The notes beneath the pieces were generated by a model, which ran no database searches, was not told the origin of the DNA, and saw only the letters and a program-made list of their open reading frames with translations. Positions 34,903 through 43,468 of a stretch of DNA of 64,000 nucleotides are shown here, piece by piece; the stretch's first letter is position 1, and every line of letters starts with the position of its first letter. The stretch spans positions 196,017-260,016 of the forward strand of contig CAWJKH010000007.1 of the NCBI GenBank assembly GCA_963843515.1, read 5' to 3'. The stretch comes from an uncultured Actinomycetota bacterium. GTDB taxonomy: Bacteria > Actinomycetota > Thermoleophilia > RBG-16-64-13. Both the position numbers and the translations under genes were made by a program.

Positions 34903-37900
34903 ATGCCTCCCGAGGAGGTCGACGGGGGCGGGCGGGCCGAAGAGGGCAGGCAGGAAGACGGCGACGAGCCGGGTCGTCTGACCGAGGACCTCGCGGACGA
35001 GCAGCCGCCCGAAGACCAGCAGCCGCCCGGGGCGGAGTCTTTAGTGGATGTGGACTCGGGGGACCGGCCCGAAGACGAAGACCTCGACCTCGAGGAAGAG
35101 CTCGAACCCTGGCCCGAGCGCAAGCCCCTGCCGGCCGCGGCCGCAGCAGGCACCATGTCTGAGACCGACGCCGACTCAGCGCCGGCCGCGGCGGCGGCGG
35201 GCGCCGCCGAGCCGGCAGTGGCCCGCTCCAAGGCGGCAGCCGACCTCAAGGCCGTCTCTCCTCCCGACTTCGAGACCCGCGTGCACGACATCGGCATGCG
35301 GCTCTATGAGGCCACCATCGAGCGCGGCCCCGCTAGAGCGGCCAGCTCGTTCGTCACCGGCCGGGCCATGCAGCGGCGCATCCTCGCCCAAGCCATGGCC
35401 GACCCGGTCTTCAAGACCCAACTGTTCCGCTTTGTGGACGTCTACCCCAGCATTCGCGACTCCGGTGACCTGCTGCGCCACATGCGGAGCTATCTGGGCG
35501 ACGTCGACGCCCCCCGTCCCCTCGACCGCCTGGTGGCGACCGATAGGCGGCGGCTGCCGAGTTGGGCGGTCACCCGCCTCACCGAGCGGGGCATGCAGCG
35601 CATGGCCGAGACCCTCATCGCCGGCCGCGACGCCACCGACGCCCTGCCCACCCTCAAGCGCCTGCGCCGGCGCCACACCGCGTTCACCCTCGACATCCTG
35701 GGCGAAGCCTGCCTGAGCGACGCCGAGTCGGAGGAATATGCCCGGCGCTACCACGACCTGCTCGACTACCTGCCGCCCAAGGTGGCTCGCTGGGGCGAGG
35801 ACCCGATCATCGACGAGTCTCCCCATGGCCCCGACCCAAGAGTGAACGTCTCCCTCAAGGTGAGCTCGCTCTACTCCCAGGTCGACCCGCTCGATTTCGA
35901 CGGTTCGCGGAGGGCCCTGGTCTCGGCCTTGAAGCCGTTGTTCCTCAAAGCCCGCGACAACAACGTCTTTCTTAGCGTCGACGTGGAACGCTTCTTCCAC
36001 CGCGATCTCACCTATGCCGCGTTCGCCGACCTGTGCCGGGATCCGGAACTCCGCGACTACCCGCATCTCGGGATAGCGGTACAGGCCTATATGAGAGACA
36101 GCGCGGAGATCGTCCAAGGCCTGCTCTACCTTGCCCGGGACCGCGGTACCCCCTTCACCGTACGTCTGGTCAAGGGCGCTTACTGGGATTACGAGAGCAT
36201 CCTCGCCGCTCAGGAGCACTGGCCTCCTACGGTGTTCCTCCACAAGGCGGAGACCGATGCCCAGTTCGAACGGCTGGCGAAGCGGCTCATCGACAACTGG
36301 CAATGGACCCGACCGGCCCTGGCGACGCACAACATCCGCAGCATCGCGGTCGGCATCGCCGCAGCCGAGGCAGCTGGACTGCCCCCTACCGCGGTCGAGA
36401 TCCAGGTGCTGCACGGGATGGCGGATTCCATCCGCCGGGCAGCGGTCAAGCAAGGCTACCGGGTGCGCGAGTACGTGCCCGTTGGGGAACTGATACCGGG
36501 CATGGCCTACCTTGTCCGGCGTCTGCTGGAAAACACGGCGAACGAATCCTTCTTGCGGCTGACCTTCGCTCAGCACGAGGACCCAGAGGCGTTGCTGGCG
36601 CCGCCGGGCGCGAAGCCCGCCGCGGCAGTGGCTGCCGCTCCGGCCGCGGAGACCATCACGGCGACCGCTGCTGCCGCGCCGCCCGCTGGGACCCCCGCGG
36701 AGCTCCCCAGCGGCGCAGTCGCCGAAGGCGCCGAGCCGGCCCCGGCCTGCGCACCCTTCCGTAACGAGCCGCACGCCGACTTCTCCCGCGAGGCCAACCG
36801 CACGGCCATGCAGAAGGCGCTCGCCACCATCGGCGCGAGCGCGGGTCGCGACTACCCGTTGCTCATCGACGGCTCGCCAGCACAGACCGGCGCGTGGATC
36901 AATTCCTTCAATCCTGCACGCCCCTCCCAGGTGGTCGGTAGAGTTGCAGCTGCGGGCGAAGCCGAGGCCGACCGGGCTCTCGACAGCGCCGTGGGGGCCT
37001 TCCACTTCTGGCGCGACACACCAGCCGCCGAACGGGCAGAGGTACTGTTCAAGGCCGCGGCCGCCATGCGGGCGCAACGGTTCGAGTTGGCCGCTCTGGA
37101 AGTGATCGAGGCGGGCAAGCCCTGGCGCGAAGCCGACGCCGACGTGACCGAGGCAATCGACTTCCTCGAATACTACGGCCGGGAGATGCTCCGCCTATCG
37201 GAGGTCTGGCAACTCAGCGACGTGCCCGGCGAAAGCGACCTCTACTTCTACGAGCCTCGGGGCGTCGCCGTGGTCGTGGCCCCGTGGAACTTCCCCCTGG
37301 CCATCCCCACGGGAATGGTGTCGGCGGCCCTGGTGGCCGGCAACAGCGTGGTCTTCAAGCCGGCCAGCTCTACCCCCGTGCTGGGCTACGCATTGGTGCG
37401 CATCCTGCACGAGGCGGGCGTACCCGGCGGTGCCCTGAGCTTCTTGCCCGGACCGGGCGGCGAGGTGGGCGACTATCTGGTGGCCGATCCTCGGGTGGAC
37501 CTCATCGCCTTCACCGGCAGTCTCGATGTGGGCCTGTCTATCATGGACAACTCGAGCGGCGCTGCTCCCGGGCAGCGGAACATCAAGCGGGTGATCACCG
37601 AGATGGGCGGCAAGAATGCCACCATCATCGACACCGACGCAGATCTGGACGCAGCCGTCGAGGGAGTGCTCATCTCCTCCTTCAACTACGCCGGGCAAAA
37701 GTGCTCGGCGTGCAGCCGGGTGGTGGTGCTCGACGCCGTTTACGACCAGTTCCTACGCCGCCTGACCCAGGCCGCGCTCAGCCTCAAGTCCGGCGACCCG
37801 GCTGACCCCGGCACCCGAGTGGGCCCAGTGATCGGCGCGGTCGCCCGCGACCGCATCCTCGGGTACATAGAGACGGGCAAGAGCGAGGCCACCCTGCTCG

Positions 37901-38712
37901 TGCCGCTCCCCGGGACCTGGAAGGCGAGTCCGGAAGGACCGGCGCTCGCCGACGCGGAGGCACCGGCCGGCGACGAGCCTGAAGCCGAACTCGAGGCCAA
38001 CAACGGCACCCCCTTCTCACCCGCGGTAGCCGCAGAAATGGGCAACGTCGACCTTCAGACTCTGGCCGGGATCGAGGAAGAGCCGGCGCCCGCTGAGGCG
38101 CCGACCCCAGACGGGGAGGTAATCGCCGGCGGAGAGAGCGCCACGTTCGACGAAGCCCCGGGTGACTCCGCCATCGCGAGCGGAGCCGCCGCCGAGGCCG
38201 AGAGCACCGGCGCAGTCGCCGAGGCCGGCGCCGATGTCGCCCCTGCGACTCAGGCGCAGGGGCCATCGACCGGCGAGGAGGGGCCGCCCGAACCGCCGAA
38301 GGAGCCCGGCTATTTCATCCCGCCCCACATCTTCGCCGATGTGCCCCCGGGCTCCACCATCGCCCAGGAGGAGATCTTCGGCCCGGTCCTGGCCGTCATC
38401 CGCGCATCTAATTTTGACGATGCCATCGAGATAGCTCTTGGTGTGCGCTACGGCCTCACCGGCGGCCTCTACTCCCGCAACCCTGCCCACATCATGCGGG
38501 CGGCCCGGGACTTCAGGGTGGGCAACCTGTACATCAACCGGCCCATCACCGGGGCGATGGTGGGCAGGCAGCCGTTCGGGGGCTCCCGCATGAGCGGGGT
38601 GGGCTCGAAGGCCGGCGGCCCCGACTACCTGCTCCAGTTCATGGAGCCCCGGGTGGTGACTGAGAACACCATCAGGAGGGGATTCGCTCCGGATATCCCC
38701 CCGGCGGAATAG
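34903..38712 (+). CDS. putA: bifunctional proline dehydrogenase / L-glutamate-gamma-semialdehyde (P5C) dehydrogenase
   Basis: PRODH barrel motifs (LDILGE, VRLVKGAYWD, ATHN, VPVGELIPGMAYLVRRLLEN). ALDH motifs (VAPWNFPLAI, EMGGKNA, GQKCSACSR, EEIFGPVL). Start is uncertain (acidic N-terminal ~120 aa). Confidence 0.9.
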   Translation: MPPEEVDGGGRAEEGRQEDGDEPGRLTEDLADEQPPEDQQPPGAESLVDVDSGDRPEDEDLDLEEELEPWPERKPLPAAAAAGTMSETDADSAPAAAAAGAAEPAVARSKAAADLKAVSPPDFETRVHDIGMRLYEATIERGPARAASSFVTGRAMQRRILAQAMADPVFKTQLFRFVDVYPSIRDSGDLLRHMRSYLGDVDAPRPLDRLVATDRRRLPSWAVTRLTERGMQRMAETLIAGRDATDALPTLKRLRRRHTAFTLDILGEACLSDAESEEYARRYHDLLDYLPPKVARWGEDPIIDESPHGPDPRVNVSLKVSSLYSQVDPLDFDGSRRALVSALKPLFLKARDNNVFLSVDVERFFHRDLTYAAFADLCRDPELRDYPHLGIAVQAYMRDSAEIVQGLLYLARDRGTPFTVRLVKGAYWDYESILAAQEHWPPTVFLHKAETDAQFERLAKRLIDNWQWTRPALATHNIRSIAVGIAAAEAAGLPPTAVEIQVLHGMADSIRRAAVKQGYRVREYVPVGELIPGMAYLVRRLLENTANESFLRLTFAQHEDPEALLAPPGAKPAAAVAAAPAAETITATAAAAPPAGTPAELPSGAVAEGAEPAPACAPFRNEPHADFSREANRTAMQKALATIGASAGRDYPLLIDGSPAQTGAWINSFNPARPSQVVGRVAAAGEAEADRALDSAVGAFHFWRDTPAAERAEVLFKAAAAMRAQRFELAALEVIEAGKPWREADADVTEAIDFLEYYGREMLRLSEVWQLSDVPGESDLYFYEPRGVAVVVAPWNFPLAIPTGMVSAALVAGNSVVFKPASSTPVLGYALVRILHEAGVPGGALSFLPGPGGEVGDYLVADPRVDLIAFTGSLDVGLSIMDNSSGAAPGQRNIKRVITEMGGKNATIIDTDADLDAAVEGVLISSFNYAGQKCSACSRVVVLDAVYDQFLRRLTQAALSLKSGDPADPGTRVGPVIGAVARDRILGYIETGKSEATLLVPLPGTWKASPEGPALADAEAPAGDEPEAELEANNGTPFSPAVAAEMGNVDLQTLAGIEEEPAPAEAPTPDGEVIAGGESATFDEAPGDSAIASGAAAEAESTGAVAEAGADVAPATQAQGPSTGEEGPPEPPKEPGYFIPPHIFADVPPGSTIAQEEIFGPVLAVIRASNFDDAIEIALGVRYGLTGGLYSRNPAHIMRAARDFRVGNLYINRPITGAMVGRQPFGGSRMSGVGSKAGGPDYLLQFMEPRVVTENTIRRGFAPDIPPAE

Positions 38713-38804
38713 AGGCGCCGCCTGACCGGCGGCACCGGCGGCGATGGCCCGCGCCTATGCGACTACGCGAGCCGGGATCGGCGCCCTACCCGATTCGGGG
38801 GTCT

Positions 38805-39221
38805 CTAGACACCAAGCCAGCAAATCGGAATGAGGTGTTCGATCTTTCTGAACTCCGGGTCGCCTGTTATCGCTGTTGCACCTCGCTCGATGGCCAGCGC
38901 GACCACGAATGCATCCCCGAAAGAGATGGGGTACTGAGCTTTGACCCGGGCCGCACGGAGGATCGTCTGCAGGTCGACGTCCACGATCTGGACGGGTAGT
39001 TCTTGCAGGAGACCAAGGGCATCGGCCACGCCGTCGACTCCTCGACGTCGCTCGACGATGTACGCCATCTCCCCGACGCTCATCGCCGAGATCAGCACAC
39101 GGCACCTTCCACGCGCAGCCAGCGAGAGCTTCTGTTCAACTGCCGCACCGCGCGGCTCGCCCAACAAGTACCCCAGCAGTCCATGAGTGTCGAGAGCGAA
39201 GACTGGACTACTCGGATTCAT
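38805..39221 (-). CDS. vapC: PIN-domain toxin VapC
   Basis: FALDTHGLL, GDAFVVALA, ITGDPEF. Overlaps the upstream antitoxin gene by 14 nt. Confidence 0.85.
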   Translation of the reverse strand: MNPSSPVFALDTHGLLGYLLGEPRGAAVEQKLSLAARGRCRVLISAMSVGEMAYIVERRRGVDGVADALGLLQELPVQIVDVDLQTILRAARVKAQYPISFGDAFVVALAIERGATAITGDPEFRKIEHLIPICWLGV

Positions 39222-39477
39222 CGTCTGCGAAATGCTGGTACTTCCTGTCTTCCGCATCGAGATCGCGCCGGCGCTCCTCGAGCAGGTCGTCCAGCAGCGG
39301 TCCCGCCCCACGCAGCAGCCCGTACCCCTCTCTTATCGGGTCCTTCCTCACCGGCACAAGGGAGATGACGCCCCCGTAGTCAATGACGTGGACCTCGTCC
39401 CCGGGCTTGAGCCCGTGCTTCTTGCGAATCTCGGCGGGTATCACAATCCATCCTTTGCTGGATATCTTCTGCGCCAC
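39208..39477 (-). CDS. vapB: AbrB/SpoVT-type antitoxin VapB
   Basis: ISSKGWIVIPAEIRKKHGLKPGDEV (SpoVT/AbrB swapped-hairpin motif). GTG 39477 is preceded by GGGAGG 5 nt upstream. Confidence 0.75.
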   Translation of the reverse strand: MAQKISSKGWIVIPAEIRKKHGLKPGDEVHVIDYGGVISLVPVRKDPIREGYGLLRGAGPLLDDLLEERRRDLDAEDRKYQHFADDESE

Positions 39478-39501
39478 TCCAGCCTCCCGACGGCTGCTCA
39501 C

Positions 39502-39529
39502 GTTATACATTCCGCCACAAAAGTATAAC
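39502..39529. promoter_or_regulatory. inverted repeat GTTATAC-N14-GTATAAC just upstream of vapB (candidate autoregulatory operator/promoter)
   Basis: Read directly at 39502-39508 and 39523-39529. Confidence 0.4.
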
Positions 39530-39697
39530 GCGGCGCGGGAGCGTGGAGCACAACCCGGGATAGCATGAGCCCTCTTGGCGCATACCAGATGGCCTGAAAC
39601 GAGGATGACAGGACTGAAGCGACTCGCCCTCGGTCTTAGGTCAGAGCCTGGTTCCACCCAGCGCCGCCGCCTCCCTGCTCATGCGAGCGGGGGTGGG

Positions 39698-40663
39698 TCA
39701 GAAGAAGAAGTCCGGCTGCTTGCGCTTCTCGAAGACGGCGCCGACCGTGTCGAGGATGAGCCGCACGCCGTGAAGGGCGGCCAGCTCGCCCGGATCGTAG
39801 CGGGGCGAGACCTCCACCAAATCCATACCGATGACGTTGGCCCGCTCCGCCACCGCCCGCAGCAAGGTTCGCGCCTCGTAGTAGGTGAAGCCGCCCGGCT
39901 CCGGCACCCCGGTTCCGGGGGCGATGGCCGGGTCCAGGCAGTCGATGTCGAAGGTGATCCAAGTATCCACGTCGGGCTCCACGACCTCCAACAGCCGCAG
40001 AGCCCCGAACTCCCGCAGTTGCTCCTTGATCGGCTCGCACCAGTAGGTGAGCACCCCTCGGCTGCGGGCCAGCTCCACGTTGTCGGCCTCGGTGTGCAGG
40101 CTCCTGATCCCGAACTGGATTATCCGCCCGGCCACCTCGTCCTCGTGCGCCCTGATGATGGGGCTCGCGTGGGTGAAGAACTCTCCCCCGATGTCGTTCC
40201 AGTAGTCCATATGGGCGTCGAACTGCACGAGCTGGACAGGAGGGACGCGCTCCCCCCGCACCCGCTCGACTCCCAAGAGCAGCGGATAGGTGATGGAGTG
40301 ATCTCCGCCCAACACCACCGGGAACAGGCCGGCCCGCAACACTTCCGCCAACCTGCTGCCGATGAGAGGGAAGCTCACCTCGGGCTGTGCCGTGGGCGGG
40401 AGATAGACATCCCCGGTATCCACGAAGCGGACGCCTTGGAGAAGGTCGAGCTCGGCTTCGCCGTCCCAGAAGGCCTGGGACTCATCCCGGTGGGACCACT
40501 GGCCGGACATGGAGCGCAGCGCCTGTGGGCCCTCCCGCGCGCCTGCGCGGCCGGTGGTGCCCTCGTCGTAAGGGACGCCGATGACCGCGACGTCGCCGTC
40601 GGCGAGCGTTGGCTGGGGCACGTATGGCGACCTAAGAAAGGTGGCCAGACCCGCCGTCTTGAT
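39698..40663 (-). CDS. agmatinase/ureohydrolase-family enzyme (agmatinase or guanidino-acid hydrolase)
   Basis: GGDHSITYP, QFDAHMDYW and TFDIDCLDPAIAPGTG (Mn ligands). The start here is a non-canonical ATC at 40663, 7 nt after AGGAGG. The ORF itself extends to ATG 40816 inside a repeat element. Confidence 0.8.
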   Translation of the reverse strand: MKTAGLATFLRSPYVPQPTLADGDVAVIGVPYDEGTTGRAGAREGPQALRSMSGQWSHRDESQAFWDGEAELDLLQGVRFVDTGDVYLPPTAQPEVSFPLIGSRLAEVLRAGLFPVVLGGDHSITYPLLLGVERVRGERVPPVQLVQFDAHMDYWNDIGGEFFTHASPIIRAHEDEVAGRIIQFGIRSLHTEADNVELARSRGVLTYWCEPIKEQLREFGALRLLEVVEPDVDTWITFDIDCLDPAIAPGTGVPEPGGFTYYEARTLLRAVAERANVIGMDLVEVSPRYDPGELAALHGVRLILDTVGAVFEKRKQPDFFF

Positions 40664-40713
40664 AGTGCTTCCTCCTCTTGCGCGCGCGCTTGGCGAGAGC
40701 AGCAGACCCAACA

Positions 40714-40870
40714 GGCTGCTGAAGAGCGACGCCTCGCCGCCGCGGTGTGTCGGGTGCGAGCGAGAGAAGGACGCAGGGAGCGCACATAGCAGCGCTACGT
40801 GCGCGACCGAGGACACAGTCTCGCGCCGCCCGATGCGGTGCGGTGGCCCGGGCTTCGCTTTTCAGGAGCC
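40714..40870 (+). repeat. 157-bp imperfect-palindromic repeat element, copy B
   Basis: See copy A. The central stem at 40780-40804 carries one compensatory A:T to C:G change relative to copy A. Confidence 0.85.
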
Positions 40871-40958
40871 TCCTAGCTAACCATCGTACCGATAGTGACT
40901 TGCTTGCACAATGCCGTGGTGCGCTTGACTCCGCCCCGCATCGGGTTTACGATATGTT

Positions 40959-40991
40959 TCGATATATCGACAATGGATGCTGATATATCGA
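40959..40991. promoter_or_regulatory. 12-bp palindrome TCGATATATCGA plus a second TGATATATCGA half-site upstream of padR (candidate PadR operator)
   Basis: Sites at 40959-40970 and 40981-40991, with a third GATATG at 40951-40956. Confidence 0.4.
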
Positions 40992-41003
40992 AAGGAGTTG
41001 CGA

Positions 41004-41621
41004 ATGAACCCTTATCGAAACGAACCCTTCGGGTGGCGCGGTCCCCGGGGCAGCTACTACGGCCGCGGCAACGTGAAGTTCGCCATCCTCGCCCTGCTCA
41101 AGGAGCAACCCCGGCACGGGTACGACATCATCCGGGAGATGGAGCAACGTTCCGGCGGTGTGTACAGCCCCAGCCCGGGTGTGATCTACCCCACCCTGCA
41201 GGCGCTGGAGGATCAGGACTACGTCAAGGCCGCCGAGCAGGACGGCAAGAAGGTGTACTCCATCACCGAGGCGGGACTGGCGTACCTCGAGGGACATGCC
41301 GAGCGACACGGCCACGGCCGTCACGGCGAGGCCCGCGGTGCGAGCCCTCATGGGTCGAAGCAGCAGGACGAGGGGCCGAGCTGGATCCGCACCGGACCGG
41401 GCGAGAAGGGTGGCCCCGGCTGGGGCCCCGGCGGGCCGGCGGCCTGGGGGGCCTGGTTTGCCTCGAGTGGCGGGCCCGAGATGATGCGGGAAATGCGCTA
41501 TATGTTCGCCGACTTCGCCACCGCGGTCCAGCGCACGCTCGGCGATCAGCAGAAGCTGAAGGAGATCCGCGAGGTCCTGCGCGAAGCCAAGGCCAAGATC
41601 GACGAGATCGTGATGCGGTAG
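41004..41621 (+). CDS. PadR-family transcriptional regulator with extended C-terminal region
   Basis: FAILALLKEQPRHGYDIIREME...GVIYPTLQALEDQDYV wHTH. AAAGGAG SD. Confidence 0.85.
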   Translation: MNPYRNEPFGWRGPRGSYYGRGNVKFAILALLKEQPRHGYDIIREMEQRSGGVYSPSPGVIYPTLQALEDQDYVKAAEQDGKKVYSITEAGLAYLEGHAERHGHGRHGEARGASPHGSKQQDEGPSWIRTGPGEKGGPGWGPGGPAAWGAWFASSGGPEMMREMRYMFADFATAVQRTLGDQQKLKEIREVLREAKAKIDEIVMR

Positions 41622-41635
41622 GGCGGCAGCGGAAC

Positions 41636-41669
41636 TGCAACGTATGTTGCACTGCAATACTACTGCATA
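41636..41669 (-). repeat. 34-bp TTGCARTGCAAC hairpin repeat, copy 3 (intergenic, inverted)
   Basis: Reverse complement is TATGCAGTAGTATTGCAGTGCAACATACGTTGCA, which aligns to 46081-46114 and 46501-46534. Confidence 0.7.
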
Positions 41670-41678
41670 AGAAACCTC

Positions 41679-42671
41679 TCAGAAACGGGCCCCGGCCGCG
41701 AGGCCATCGAGGCGCCACAACCCCGCAGCCAAGACCTCGTCCAACGCCGTCCGAAACTCCGCCGCGGTCGGTGGCCGGCACATGGCGTCGCATGCCGAGG
41801 CACCGGCTGCCTCGTCCAGCGCCCCCGCCGAACTGGCCTTCCACCTTGCCGCCCGGTGCGCCGGCCGGTATTGGTCCATGACGTTGATGTAGGTATCGCG
41901 AGAGATCTCCTGCGCGAGGAAGCGGGCCACCTGGGCGGTGCCGGCCAACCCCTCGGGGAGGACCAGATGCCGCACCAGCAAGCCGCGTCTAGCCACGCCC
42001 CGCTGGTCGATCCGCAGGTCCCCCACCTGACGGTGCATCTCGCGGACCGCAGCCCGATTGCGGGCCACGTAATCGTCCGCGCCCGACAGCCGTTCGCCCA
42101 CTGCTTCGTCGCTGTACTTCATGTCGGGCATGTAGATGTCGACAACGCCGTCCAGCAAGCGGAGTGTGTGCACCGAGTCGTAGCCGCCGCTGTTGTAGAC
42201 AAGGGGCAGGCGCAGCCCTTCCCCCGCCGCGACGGCCAACGCCGCCAGGATCTGCGGCACCACATGGCTCGGCGACACCAGGTTGATGTTCTCGCAGTCT
42301 GCCGCCTGCAGACGGATCATCATCTCGGCGATCTGCTCGGGCCCTACCTCCCAGCCCGGGCCAGGCCGGGCGGGCTGGCTGATATCGTAGTTCTGGCAGA
42401 AGACGCAGGCCAGGTTGCAGCCGGCGAAGAAGATCGTCCCCGACCCGCCCCGGCCCACCAACGGCGCTTCTTCCCCGAAATGCGGCCCGCAGCTGGCCAC
42501 CTGCGCGGGCTCCGCCACCCGGCAGACCCCCAATTCGCCTCCGGTGCGGTCCACTCGGCAGTTCTGGGGGCAAGTCATGCAGCGCCGCAACAGAGCGTGC
42601 ACCCGGTGGGCCCGGTCGGCCAATTCGCCGGACTCGTGCAGAGCCAGATATGCCGGTGTCGCCGCAATCAT
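41679..42671 (-). CDS. radical SAM protein, PflX-like (pyruvate formate-lyase-activase homologue, COG1313 type)
   Basis: N-terminal CMTCPQNCRV cluster and GCNLACVFCQN radical-SAM site. ATG 42671 (TTG alternative at 42680). Confidence 0.8.
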   Translation of the reverse strand: MIAATPAYLALHESGELADRAHRVHALLRRCMTCPQNCRVDRTGGELGVCRVAEPAQVASCGPHFGEEAPLVGRGGSGTIFFAGCNLACVFCQNYDISQPARPGPGWEVGPEQIAEMMIRLQAADCENINLVSPSHVVPQILAALAVAAGEGLRLPLVYNSGGYDSVHTLRLLDGVVDIYMPDMKYSDEAVGERLSGADDYVARNRAAVREMHRQVGDLRIDQRGVARRGLLVRHLVLPEGLAGTAQVARFLAQEISRDTYINVMDQYRPAHRAARWKASSAGALDEAAGASACDAMCRPPTAAEFRTALDEVLAAGLWRLDGLAAGARF

Positions 42672-42710
42672 CGGTCGCAACCTACGCCGCGCTCCTCTGC
42701 CGGCGGTGCC

Positions 42711-43241
42711 TCACTCCACCAACAAGAAGGCGTAGCGATCCATCGTCTGCGATCTGTCGGTGAGCACCTTGATGGGGTAGCCCAGTTGTCGCACCGTGGA
42801 AAAGACGTCGACCGCCAGGGCTTCTGGCGTGGGACGGCTCGACTCGGGAAGACGGCACTCCTCCAGTCTGGCGACACACTCCGGGCACAACGAGCAATCC
42901 CCCGGAAACAGGACCAGGGCCTTGTGGTAGCCGGCAAGGAAGGCACTCCGCTCCAGTCCGAGCAGGCTCTTGTTGACCTCCTTCTTCCATTCGCGAAGAA
43001 CGGCATCGGTATCGCCGACCTTCTGGATATGAATGACGGCGATCCGCTCGTAGTCGGCGAAGAAGTCGGCGCAAGCGTCCACCGGAGGGACGTTGGGAGG
43101 GCAGCAGGCCTGGTGGGCATAACCGTCGCAGGTGTACATGCATTTCATTCGCACCCATTGGGCAACGGCGATCTTGGAGCCATCGGTCCAGCGATGATCA
43201 GAAAAACCTGCCGAGGCGATAAGGCGGTCGAGTTCTTCCAT
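42711..43241 (-). CDS. DUF2284-family Cys-rich metal-binding protein
   Basis: CMYTCDGYAHQACCPP and CSLCPEC motifs. ATG 43241 is preceded by GGAGGAG. Confidence 0.7.
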   Translation of the reverse strand: MEELDRLIASAGFSDHRWTDGSKIAVAQWVRMKCMYTCDGYAHQACCPPNVPPVDACADFFADYERIAVIHIQKVGDTDAVLREWKKEVNKSLLGLERSAFLAGYHKALVLFPGDCSLCPECVARLEECRLPESSRPTPEALAVDVFSTVRQLGYPIKVLTDRSQTMDRYAFLLVE

Positions 43242-43468
43242 CGACTCCTCCAGTTCTGGGGCCCTGAAGTCTGAGTGTGGACGGCGACGCCAGCCCGGCC
43301 GTCGCGACTCCAGCATACCGCGGCGGGTGGAAGGGGCGCCCACGCCCGGCCGGGTGCTGTCAGGTCGCTCTGCTGCCTGCCGAAGGAATCGCCGCCACCG
43401 GCTCGTACATGTCGCTGAGCGCTTCAGCGACGACCGGCCGGCACGGTCTCACGGCCAGTGGAGGAACC

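Noticed and set aside
32856-40870. Composite transposon or invertible segment bounded by the two inverted 157-bp repeats.
   Set aside because: There is no transposase, recombinase or invertase between them. The content is ordinary metabolism (putA, agmatinase, GyrI-like, CMD) plus vapBC. The copies are only ~80% identical. Independent insertions of a dispersed element are more likely, although recombination between them remains possible.
40664-41003. Guanidine (ykkC-type) or other riboswitch upstream of the agmatinase-family gene.
   Set aside because: The AAAAGC..GCCCGGG string inside repeat copy B is superficially similar, but the conserved ykkC core (CUAGGGUUCCG, GGUCCGAGAG) is absent. The same sequence also occurs at an unrelated locus.
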